Both the position numbers and the translations under genes were made by a program. From NCBI GenBank assembly GCA_037200545.1, contig JBBCGE010000004.1, positions 310,970 through 374,969 on the forward strand: a stretch of 64,000 nt of DNA, read 5' to 3'. Below are positions 38,040 through 45,979 of the stretch, piece by piece. Position 1 is the first letter of the stretch. Every line of letters starts with the position of its first letter. This DNA comes from Limisphaerales bacterium. Lineage in GTDB: Bacteria; Verrucomicrobiota; Verrucomicrobiia; Limisphaerales; UBA11358. The notes under the pieces are model-generated. The model was not told where the DNA came from. It saw only the letters and a program-made list of their open reading frames with translations, and ran no database searches.

Positions 38040-38107
38040 GCGTTCGGCGCGCGGTCAAAAGTGAAGGTGCAGAAAGCTAGGTGCGGCCCCGGACGGTGAC
38101 GTTCATA
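38040..38107 (-). pseudogene. Relic duplicate of the mtnA 5' end
   Basis: Imperfect copy of 37316-37384 with a 28-bp identical core (38080-38107 = 37357-37384). Confidence 0.85.
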
Positions 38108-38513
38108 AATCAACTAACGTCCCAACGCGTTCTTTTCTTGGAAATAAAAAACTTCCAATCAGTGCGCGCCATTTTCTTTTTGAAAGCGAATCCATCACGT
38201 CATTCATAACGTGCAAACACCTCACACCATTTTGTTCCGCTAGTTTCCATTTGCGTCTGTCGTTCAAACTCTGCTTCTCGTCAAAATGATGCGCGCCACC
38301 CGGCTCAATTATCGCTACGGGCTTGTTGCCCCGAAAAACAACTAAATCAGCAGAGCCGTAACGCCAAATATGTTTGAGTCCACTGTTCTCCGGTTCATTG
38401 AAGACTTGTTTCAGCGGAACTTCCAATTTAACACAGAAGAGGCGCGACCACTTTTGCTCAATGTAAGCTTTGATGGTCTCCGCCTCTTCTGTGACTTTCA
38501 AATCATCTAACAT
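38103..38513 (-). CDS. PD-(D/E)XK / Vsr-DUF2726-like nuclease-fold protein
   Basis: EVPL..V...ADLVV...VAIIEPGG.HH...ND..K...GV..L.V pattern; ATG directly after the terminator U-tract. Confidence 0.7.
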   Translation of the reverse strand: MLDDLKVTEEAETIKAYIEQKWSRLFCVKLEVPLKQVFNEPENSGLKHIWRYGSADLVVFRGNKPVAIIEPGGAHHFDEKQSLNDRRKWKLAEQNGVRCLHVMNDVMDSLSKRKWRALIGSFLFPRKERVGTLVDL

Positions 38514-38540
38514 AAAAAACAGCGGGTCATTGCCCGCTGT
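38514..38540 (-). terminator. Intrinsic terminator closing the pentamer array
   Basis: Minus strand ACAGCGGG-caatga-CCCGCTGT followed by a T run. Confidence 0.8.
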
Positions 38541-38613
38541 GCCTGACCGCACCAAGCCTAACCATGCCACACCCTACCTCACCGAACCGAACCCAACCGA
38601 ACCACGCCCCACC
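38539..38613 (-). ncRNA. Putative guide RNA: array of 15 GGY-NN pentamers (VIPR-like)
   Basis: Plus-strand RCC at every fifth base from 38541 to 38611 with no exception; NN variable; starts 9 nt after the RAMP-like stop codon and ends in a terminator. Confidence 0.8.
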
Positions 38614-38622
38614 ATAAATTAT

Positions 38623-39144
38623 TTAAGCAAAGTTGTGAACTTCAAATCTTCCAAACTTGGGACGGTAATCTCCAATTCCTTTACTTTTTCCTGCCTCTTC
38701 CAAAATTTGCTTCAGTGTCTCTTTCTTTATCCGCGTTTCGTCAAAGTTGACGGTAAACTCAATCTCCCACTTGTTAAAACGCGGTCTGGATTTGACAATG
38801 CGCTGGCGTTGAATGACAGCGGGGCGGCGGTCAATTTCGTCGTATGTCTTTTTGCCCATAGGAATCTCTTCTGGCTCAACAAAAACAGATGAAAGAATCG
38901 TCGCCTTCAAACTAGCCTTACCTTTACCTTTGAATTCTTTAGCCGTTTCACGCAAGGTCGCCTCAATCCAACTGGAAGGAACAAAACAACCTTGGTCATT
39001 TCGATACACCGCCTTTTCAGCATCCTCCTTCGAGTCAAATTTTTGATCTCGTCGTTTGGCTTTTTCCTCATCTTCCTGCTCCATTGGAAAACGGTTGTGA
39101 AGCAAAGGAGCAACGCCATGAATTTTTACTTCAACGCTTTGCAT
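38623..39144 (-). CDS. Stand-alone Cas7/RAMP-like protein (Vipr-like)
   Basis: N-terminal strand V.I.G..PLL, helix motif VPSSWIEATL, R..RP thumb, C-terminal glycine-rich loop GIGDYRPKFGRF. Confidence 0.75.
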   Translation of the reverse strand: MQSVEVKIHGVAPLLHNRFPMEQEDEEKAKRRDQKFDSKEDAEKAVYRNDQGCFVPSSWIEATLRETAKEFKGKGKASLKATILSSVFVEPEEIPMGKKTYDEIDRRPAVIQRQRIVKSRPRFNKWEIEFTVNFDETRIKKETLKQILEEAGKSKGIGDYRPKFGRFEVHNFA

Positions 39145-39149
39145 ATCGA

Positions 39150-39416
39150 TTAAGCATCTACACAAATTTCTTCATTAAGCAACCACTCCGGGGCTTTCCA
39201 ATTAGATGGCCTCTGATCGTCGAACATCAACTGAATAAATTGTAGCGCAGCTTGGTAGGCAGATAGAACTTCTGGGATTTTCGGCGCGACCTCGTATGCG
39301 TGGCGCAGTTTTTCCATAGCCCACGCCATTCCCTGTCCGGGCGTGCAATTCCATTTACTGTAACGAACAATCACAGCGGTTTGAATGTATTGAATGAACT
39401 CGGATTGCTTATCCAT
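39150..39416 (-). CDS. Hypothetical 88-aa protein, first gene of the AT-rich cassette
   Basis: Ends 5 nt before the RAMP-like ATG; AT-rich upstream region. Confidence 0.6.
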   Translation of the reverse strand: MDKQSEFIQYIQTAVIVRYSKWNCTPGQGMAWAMEKLRHAYEVAPKIPEVLSAYQAALQFIQLMFDDQRPSNWKAPEWLLNEEICVDA

Positions 39417-39468
39417 AATGCTATTAAGATTATTTTAGTATTTTGTCATCGTTGAACCAAATCGTTGT

Positions 39469-39885
39469 TCAACCAGCCTTTTTCTTCAGCCGTTGAATCT
39501 TTTCCTTGAGAGCTTTGTAGGCGGGCTGGGCGCGGAGTTTTTTCAGATCGGGATCCTTGGCGAGCCAGGCGAAATCGCGATAGCCGAGGCTCAACGCCTT
39601 TTCCAGGGCCGCCACGGCGCGGTCGAACTGGCCGGTGAGCGAGTAGCTGCACGCGAGATTGTAAAAGACGAGCGAGTTCTGCGGTTCGAGACTCGCGAGG
39701 CGTTCGTCCACCTGCAGGCCCTCCGGGAAACGACCGCGCTGCGTGTAGTCATCGCCGAGCAACTGGAGCGCGTCCACGTAGTCGGGGTCGCGGCGGACGA
39801 TGCCCTCCATGAACTCGATCCGCGTATCGAGGTCACGCTGGAGAGCGCGGCTCATCTTTTTTCGGGCGGTGCTTTTTACCGGCAT
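39469..39885 (-). CDS. TPR-repeat protein
   Basis: YNLACSYSL...A...L..A...GY.D......DPDL..LR. Confidence 0.85.
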   Translation of the reverse strand: MPVKSTARKKMSRALQRDLDTRIEFMEGIVRRDPDYVDALQLLGDDYTQRGRFPEGLQVDERLASLEPQNSLVFYNLACSYSLTGQFDRAVAALEKALSLGYRDFAWLAKDPDLKKLRAQPAYKALKEKIQRLKKKAG

Positions 39886-39960
39886 ACAACACACGCAGTT
39901 TTTCCAAGTAGCGCTGCCAAGTCAAGCGCAGGCGGGCTTAATAATTTTGGTGGCATGCGT

Positions 39961-40114
39961 TGGGAGCGCGCCCGCCCCGGGCGCAGCCGACGACGCCCTC
40001 GTCGTCGGCCTTGGCGCTGCGCGTGAATTTGGCAATGATAAATGGTTCTGGATTCTCGCGAAGAGTTCGTCGCGAGGGCGCGATGAACTACAGCCGAGGC
40101 GGCTGTGCTCCCCA
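39961..40114. repeat. REPIN/MITE-like palindromic element (TGGGAGCGC...GCTCCCCA family)
   Basis: Terminal inverted repeats with internal GCCCTCG/CGAGGGC stems; related copies at 41256-41393 and 48724-48872. Confidence 0.75.
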
Positions 40115-40192
40115 AGCCAAGAAGCACCTGCAAAAATTTTATGGAATCTACGGATGCATTGCGCCAAAGTTGACCCGAATTTTCAACAAATC

Positions 40193-41200
40193 ATGAAATG
40201 TTTTGTCACCGGCGCCTCTGGTTTCATTGGCGCAAATCTTGTTCACGAACTCGTCACGCGCGGGCATGACGTGAAGGTTTTGTTGCGGCCCGGGAGCGAT
40301 GTGCGCGGATTGGGAGGGACGAAATTCGAGCGCGTGACCGGCGATCTGCTTGACCGCAAGGCGCTCGAAACCAGATTGGAAAAGTGCGACTGGTGCTTTC
40401 ACGTCGCGGCGAGCTACCAACTGTGGATGCGCGATTACGCACCGATGTATGCGGCAAATGTTGAAGGCACGCGCCATGTGCTGGAAGCGGCGGGCAAGGT
40501 CGGATGCTCTCGAATCGTTTATACCAGCACGGTCGGCTGCATCGGTTTGCCAAAAGCAGTGAACTGTAAATTCACACCTACGGACGAGCAGAACATCGCC
40601 ACCGAGGCGCAGATGACGAATCACTACAAGCGCTCAAAATTTCAGGCCGAACAGGTTGCGTTGGAACTGGCGCGGAAAGGGCTGCCCGTCGTCATCGTTA
40701 ATCCGTCCGCACCCGTTGGCCCGCGCGATGTGAAACCGACACCCACGGGTCAAGTCATCGTGGACTTTCTGAATCGCAAACTGCCGGCTTATCTCGATAC
40801 GGGTTTGAACTGGGTTCACGTCCGCAATGTGGCCATTGGTCACATTCTTGCAGCGGAAAAGGGACGCGTGGGCGAACGCTACATTCTCGGCCATGCGGAC
40901 GGCAACTGGACCATGCAGGAGATGCTGCACGTGCTGGAAGAGATCACCGGCCTGCCCGCGCCGCGCATGAAAGTGCCGCATTGGGTCGCACTGGCCACCG
41001 CGCACGTGGATGAAACCATTTCCAGTTTTACCGGCAAGCCGCCGAAAGCGCCGCTGGCCGGCGTGCGCATGGCGAAATATAAAATGTGGTTCAATCCGGC
41101 CAAGGCCATCCGCGAACTCGGCCTGCCACAGACGCCGCCAAAGCAGGCGCTCGCCGACGCGGTCGAATGGTTTCGGGAGCATGGTTACGTTCAAAAATAA
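40193..41200 (+). CDS. hpnA: Hopanoid-associated NAD-dependent sugar epimerase
   Basis: VTGASGFIG, HVAA.Y.LW, YKRSK, GPRDVKPTPTG. Confidence 0.85.
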   Translation: MKCFVTGASGFIGANLVHELVTRGHDVKVLLRPGSDVRGLGGTKFERVTGDLLDRKALETRLEKCDWCFHVAASYQLWMRDYAPMYAANVEGTRHVLEAAGKVGCSRIVYTSTVGCIGLPKAVNCKFTPTDEQNIATEAQMTNHYKRSKFQAEQVALELARKGLPVVIVNPSAPVGPRDVKPTPTGQVIVDFLNRKLPAYLDTGLNWVHVRNVAIGHILAAEKGRVGERYILGHADGNWTMQEMLHVLEEITGLPAPRMKVPHWVALATAHVDETISSFTGKPPKAPLAGVRMAKYKMWFNPAKAIRELGLPQTPPKQALADAVEWFREHGYVQK

Positions 41201-41255
41201 ACCGGCTGAATTTCAATACGCCACCCTCTGGCAGAGGCTCAATTTACATTTTGAT

Positions 41256-41393
41256 TGGGAGCGCAGCCGCCTTCGGCTGCGATTCGACGCGCCCTCGCGT
41301 CGAATATTTCCAAAATCTCACCCCTGCTTTGAACGCCACAAAAGCCGGTGACGAGGGCGTCGCCGGCTGCGTCCGGGGCGGGCGCGCTCCCCA
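41256..41393. repeat. REPIN/MITE-like element, copy 2
   Basis: Same arms as 39961-40114 in inverse orientation. Confidence 0.75.
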
Positions 41394-41462
41394 AACCAAT
41401 TGAGCCACTACTCTCCCTCGCAATTACTTGTCGTGCGTTGACTTTTTGCTAGTCTGATCGAA

Positions 41463-42518
41463 ATGCGCAATTTGTTTTTTTGCCTCGGCCTCGTGCTGTC
41501 GCTGTCCGCGTACGGCACAGAAATCAGATTTGATTTTAGTGATTTTTCCGCCGGTTCGACGCCGACCAATTTCACCAGCGCCCTGGCTGGCGAAGGCCAG
41601 CCCGGCGACTGGAAGATCGTCATGGACGATGTGCCGCCATTGCTCGCGCCGCTCACCGCCCAAGCCCCAGAAGTGGCCAAACGCACTGTCCTGGCGCAGG
41701 TCAGCCGGAACCCGACCGATGAACGGTTTCCCCTGTTCATCTACGACCGCGAAAAGTTCACGGACTTCACGTTTTCCACGCGGTTTAAAATCGTTGGCGG
41801 CGTGGTGGAACAGATGGCGGGCCTCGTCTTCCGTTATCAAAACGTGTCGAATTACTACGTCGTCCGCGTCAGCGCCCTGGGTCATAACGTGCGTTTCTAT
41901 GAACGGGTGAACGGGGTCCGCACCATGGACCCCATCGGGCCATCAATCGTCGGTATCACGAACGGCACCTGGCATACGCTCGCCGTGCAGTGCCAGGGCA
42001 ATCAGATGATGTTCTGGCTGGATGACAAACTTGTGATGCCGCCGCTGCAGAACAACACCTTTACCGAAGGCAAAGTCGGGTTCATGACAAAATCCGACGC
42101 AGTGAGTTATTTTTGTGATGCGAAGATCGAGTATACCCCGCGCATTCCGGCGGCGCAGGAACTGGTGGACGGCGTCATGGAAAAACAACCGCGCATCCTG
42201 GGCCTGCGGATTTATATGCTGGACAACCAGGGCGAGCCACGTGTCATTGCCAGCAAGGATCCGGCGGAAAACGGCCAGCCCGGAAATGAGACTGACAAAA
42301 AAGCCATCACCGACGGCGTGGTTTTCTATGGCAAGCACGATGGCGTTGACATGATCACCCTGCCCTTGCGCGACCACAACGGCGATCCGGTGGGTGCGGT
42401 GCGGTTGTGGCTGAAATCGTTCTTGGGCGAGACGCAGAACAATGCGATAACCCGCGCCCGAATCATCCTCAAAAGCATGGAGGCGGAAGTCACTTCTGCT
42501 GAACAACTCCGGCGTTAG
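41463..42518 (+). CDS. Secreted protein: DUF1080-like beta-sandwich plus Cache/PDC-like C-terminus
   Basis: Signal peptide; AGLVFRYQ..NYY, WHTL.V, GKVG..TKSD; PLRD.NG..VGAV. Confidence 0.65.
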   Translation: MRNLFFCLGLVLSLSAYGTEIRFDFSDFSAGSTPTNFTSALAGEGQPGDWKIVMDDVPPLLAPLTAQAPEVAKRTVLAQVSRNPTDERFPLFIYDREKFTDFTFSTRFKIVGGVVEQMAGLVFRYQNVSNYYVVRVSALGHNVRFYERVNGVRTMDPIGPSIVGITNGTWHTLAVQCQGNQMMFWLDDKLVMPPLQNNTFTEGKVGFMTKSDAVSYFCDAKIEYTPRIPAAQELVDGVMEKQPRILGLRIYMLDNQGEPRVIASKDPAENGQPGNETDKKAITDGVVFYGKHDGVDMITLPLRDHNGDPVGAVRLWLKSFLGETQNNAITRARIILKSMEAEVTSAEQLRR

Positions 42519-42526
42519 GCCGCAGG

Positions 42527-43396
42527 TCAAGGCGGGATGGACGGCAATTGATCCGGCGATTTCACCATCGGCATTTCGTGGGGACTCAGCCGGCGCACGC
42601 CACCGGCGACCAGCACACTGCCGTCGGCATTCACATCCAGATGCGGCCGTTTGGAGATGTAGTCAAAAACTTCCTGTTTCATCAAACCGCCGTCCGGGTT
42701 CACCACCGCATAAGTGAACAGCGCGGCGCCGCTCTGGAACAACACGTGCAGGTTCGACGCGCGATCCAACTGCATCTCGGGGTCGCTGAACGAAACCGTC
42801 TTGCCGATGGAAACCACCTTGAAAACGCGCGCTTCCGCCGGGTCGCTCACTTGCACATACAACCGCAATTGCGTGCGCAGGTAGTTTGCCTTCTCCAAGG
42901 TGTAACGGCGGACTTCCGGGGTGCGGTTGGTCGCGTCGGCGGCCAGCGGCATCCCGAAATTTTGCGCCCATATTTTGGCGCCGTTGATCACGTATAGCTC
43001 CTTTGCTGGACTCGAGATCGCGTCGTTCCAATCCGGGATCCGCACCGTGGCGATGACCCGGTAGCGACCCGGACGCATCAGCCCGAAATACGACTCGATG
43101 TTCACCCGCTTCGTGGCCACCTGGGAAGAGCCAAGGTCGAATTCGCCCAGCACCGGCACCTCGCCATTCTTGACCACGATGAATCCATCCCCCGATTCGA
43201 CGGTAAATGTCAGCCAGTGGGGATCCGCACCCAGATGCAATGGCTGGCCGGAACGGTTGGTGATGCGCACCGCCACCGCCATTGTCTCGCTGGGCAGAAA
43301 TTCCAATTGGTCCGTCGTGACTTCCACCGCCACCTGCGCGGAAGCATCAAGGAACGTCAGCGCCGCCAGACCTAAAACCACCAATGCAATTTTCAT
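42527..43396 (-). CDS. Secreted hypothetical protein
   Basis: Signal peptide ending ASA-Q; core-genome codon use. Confidence 0.7.
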   Translation of the reverse strand: MKIALVVLGLAALTFLDASAQVAVEVTTDQLEFLPSETMAVAVRITNRSGQPLHLGADPHWLTFTVESGDGFIVVKNGEVPVLGEFDLGSSQVATKRVNIESYFGLMRPGRYRVIATVRIPDWNDAISSPAKELYVINGAKIWAQNFGMPLAADATNRTPEVRRYTLEKANYLRTQLRLYVQVSDPAEARVFKVVSIGKTVSFSDPEMQLDRASNLHVLFQSGAALFTYAVVNPDGGLMKQEVFDYISKRPHLDVNADGSVLVAGGVRRLSPHEMPMVKSPDQLPSIPP

Positions 43397-43579
43397 TTGA
43401 ATTTTGACACTCTACTCCCCGGCGCGTTCGAGGCAACTCAAATACGCGCCGTCTGACACGGCCTGATCAAACCGCCAAGACACCAAGAACAATAAGTCAA
43501 TCCCTCCGCGCCTTGGTGTTTTGGCAGTTTGATTCTCAAAAATAGATTGTCCGAATTCCAGTTCTGCGGCCATGTATAG

Positions 43580-45085
43580 GTGATGATGGACGATGACATA
43601 ACGCTGGTGCGCGAGTTCACCGCCACCAATTCCGAACCGGCCTTTGCCACGCTGGTGGAACGACACATCGGTCTGGTTCATTCATCAGCCCTACGGCAGG
43701 TGGGCGACGCGCATCTGGCCGAGGAAATTACACAGGCAGTGTTCATCATTCTCGCCCGCAAAGCCGCGTCGCTTGGGCCGAAGACCGTGCTGGCCGCATG
43801 GCTCTATCGCACTACGCGTTATGCAGCGGCGGATGCCTTGAGAACCAGACGCCGCCGTCAATCCCGCGAACAGGAGGCCTTCATGCAATCCACTTTGAAC
43901 CAACCGGACAATGAAACTTGGACGCAACTCGCACCGTTGCTGGATGACGCGATGGCTGAACTGGGCGAGACTGACCGCACCGCGCTGGTGCTGCGCTACT
44001 TCGAGAATAAATCCGCCCGCGAAATTGCCGCCGCCTTGCGGATGGTAGAAAGCACCGCCCAGAAACGCGTGGCCCGTGCGCTGGAAAAACTGCGCGCCCG
44101 CTTTGTAAAACGCGGCGTGACGCTGACGGCAACAGTGATCGCCAGCGCCGTGGCGGCAAACTCCGTGCAAGCCGCGCCAGTGGGTTTAGCGGTGACGGTT
44201 ATGGCGACGGCGGCGAAAGGTGCAGTAATTGGTAGTTCAACTTTAACCCTCATCAAAGGAGCATTGAAACTTATGGCGTGGACAAAAATCCAAACGACCG
44301 TTGTAACGAGCGTAGTCGTGTTACTTGCGGCAGGGACGACAATTACAGTCAAAGAAATTCAGGAACGCAAAACGTATTCATGGCAGGTTCCGAAAGCAGA
44401 TTATGATATTTTATATAAAACCCAGCCTGAAGTCAGAATTGTCGCGACAAAATTTAATGCAGATGGAGGTGTTGTAGCCGATGGAAGTAGGGGCGTGATT
44501 GGGATCGCTCAGCCGGTTAAAGTAATTGTTCAACATGCTTATCAAAAATATGACCTGCGCACAGTTATCCGAACAGATATGCCTGCTGGCAGGTATGATT
44601 TCATCGCCAAAATTACAAACCTCCCGGCCATCAACACCAACTGGACGACAGCTCTCCAAAATGAAATCAGCCGAAAGTTTGGGTTGATCGGCCGCTACGA
44701 AATGATCGAAACAAATGTTCTCGTCCTAAAAGTCGCAAACGGCAACGTTGCTGGATTCAAAGCTGCCAACAGTTTAAGGCAAAGCTTCCGTCAAACAAAT
44801 TCATCAAGTTCCTCGCTCGCCATCATGTCGGGACCGGGTCTCTTTGCAGTATTTGACCAGTCAATCAGTACCTTGTTACCGCTAATCGAAGGGCGCTTTA
44901 AAATTCCTGTCATTGATCAAACAGGTCTCTCCGCACATTATGACTATCACCTCCAATGGGACGAGAAAGATCGAGACCATCTAAATTCTACTGGTTTGCA
45001 ACAAGCCCTGCTCGACCAGCTTGGCCTTGAACTTGTGCCCACCAACATGCCCATCGAAATGCTCGTCATCGAAAAGGTGAAATAG
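43580..45085 (+). CDS. ECF sigma factor fused via TM segment to TIGR03435-like domain
   Basis: AEEITQAVF.IL..KA, RALEKLR; C-terminal PVIDQTGL..YD..L.W...QLGLELVP. Confidence 0.85.
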   Translation: MMMDDDITLVREFTATNSEPAFATLVERHIGLVHSSALRQVGDAHLAEEITQAVFIILARKAASLGPKTVLAAWLYRTTRYAAADALRTRRRRQSREQEAFMQSTLNQPDNETWTQLAPLLDDAMAELGETDRTALVLRYFENKSAREIAAALRMVESTAQKRVARALEKLRARFVKRGVTLTATVIASAVAANSVQAAPVGLAVTVMATAAKGAVIGSSTLTLIKGALKLMAWTKIQTTVVTSVVVLLAAGTTITVKEIQERKTYSWQVPKADYDILYKTQPEVRIVATKFNADGGVVADGSRGVIGIAQPVKVIVQHAYQKYDLRTVIRTDMPAGRYDFIAKITNLPAINTNWTTALQNEISRKFGLIGRYEMIETNVLVLKVANGNVAGFKAANSLRQSFRQTNSSSSSLAIMSGPGLFAVFDQSISTLLPLIEGRFKIPVIDQTGLSAHYDYHLQWDEKDRDHLNSTGLQQALLDQLGLELVPTNMPIEMLVIEKVK

Positions 45086-45271
45086 TTTCGCATTGCTGCG
45101 GCATCCAGATTGGCGTAGCGGCTTTCGGAAGAAAACTGCCATCTAAATCTCCCCGTTCATTTTGCGGCGCTTTGCCGAGGCGTCGCTACATTTTCAAATC
45201 CAGCTTGGCCGGTTTCGTTCCTTGGTTACTTTGTTGTTCAATTCATTCACCGTCCGCCGTATCTTGGCGTC

Positions 45272-45919
45272 ATGAATTGCATCGTCACTGCCGGGCCGAC
45301 GTTTGAGCCGCTGGACGACGTGCGGCGGCTTACGAACTTTTCCACTGGGCGGCTCGGCACGGAACTGGCCAATTTTCTCACGGCGCGCGGCCACAAAGTC
45401 ACGCTTCTCATCGGTGAATCGGCGACTTACGCAGGCAAACGTAAGGCGCAGTCGGTCATAGCTTATTCCACCACGGCGGATCTGCGGGCGAAGCTGAAAT
45501 CGTTTTCCAGCAGGAAGGTGGACGCCATCTTTCACGCGGCGGCTGTGAGCGATTTCGGTTTCGGCAAAATGTTCACACGCGATGCGGCGGGCAAATTCAA
45601 GCCGTTTAAGCCATCCAAGAAAATTTCCACGCGCAGCGGCAATCTGCTTGTCGAACTGGTGCCGACGCCAAAGATCATCGCGGAACTGCGCGGCTGGTTT
45701 CCCAAGACCAAAATTGTGGGCTGGAAATATGAGGCGGTTGGCGGTCGCACGGATGCCTTACGGGCGGCGGAAAAACAGATCAAAGACTGTGCGACGGATT
45801 TTTGCGTGGCAAACGGCCCGGCTTATGGCAAAGGGTTCAACCTGGTTTCAACGGATGGCCGGAAACATTTAGCCGACGCGGAGAAGCTATTTGCCAATCT
45901 TGAAATTATTCTTAAATAA
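45272..45919 (+). CDS. coaB: Phosphopantothenate--cysteine ligase (CoaB domain)
   Basis: VTAGPTFEPLDDVR.LTNFSTG.LG, HAAAVSDF, KI, VGWK.E, VAN. Confidence 0.85.
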   Translation: MNCIVTAGPTFEPLDDVRRLTNFSTGRLGTELANFLTARGHKVTLLIGESATYAGKRKAQSVIAYSTTADLRAKLKSFSSRKVDAIFHAAAVSDFGFGKMFTRDAAGKFKPFKPSKKISTRSGNLLVELVPTPKIIAELRGWFPKTKIVGWKYEAVGGRTDALRAAEKQIKDCATDFCVANGPAYGKGFNLVSTDGRKHLADAEKLFANLEIILK

Positions 45920-45979
45920 AAGAAACCAGGAATTAAAGAATTATTTTCCTTCCTTCCTGCTTTCCTTGTTTTCTTCGCC

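Noticed and set aside
38514-38570. N-terminal extension of ORF 38103..38570 (MAWLGLVRSG...)
   Set aside because: It is only the translation of the array and terminator; the ATG at 38513 is the more plausible start.
38539-38613. Pentamer array as a CRISPR array, simple microsatellite or G-quadruplex
   Set aside because: No 23-50 bp repeats with spacers; units are non-identical, so not slippage. Strict GGY with 5-nt phase next to a RAMP-like gene is better explained as a protein-bound scaffold, although G4 folding of GG runs is not excluded.
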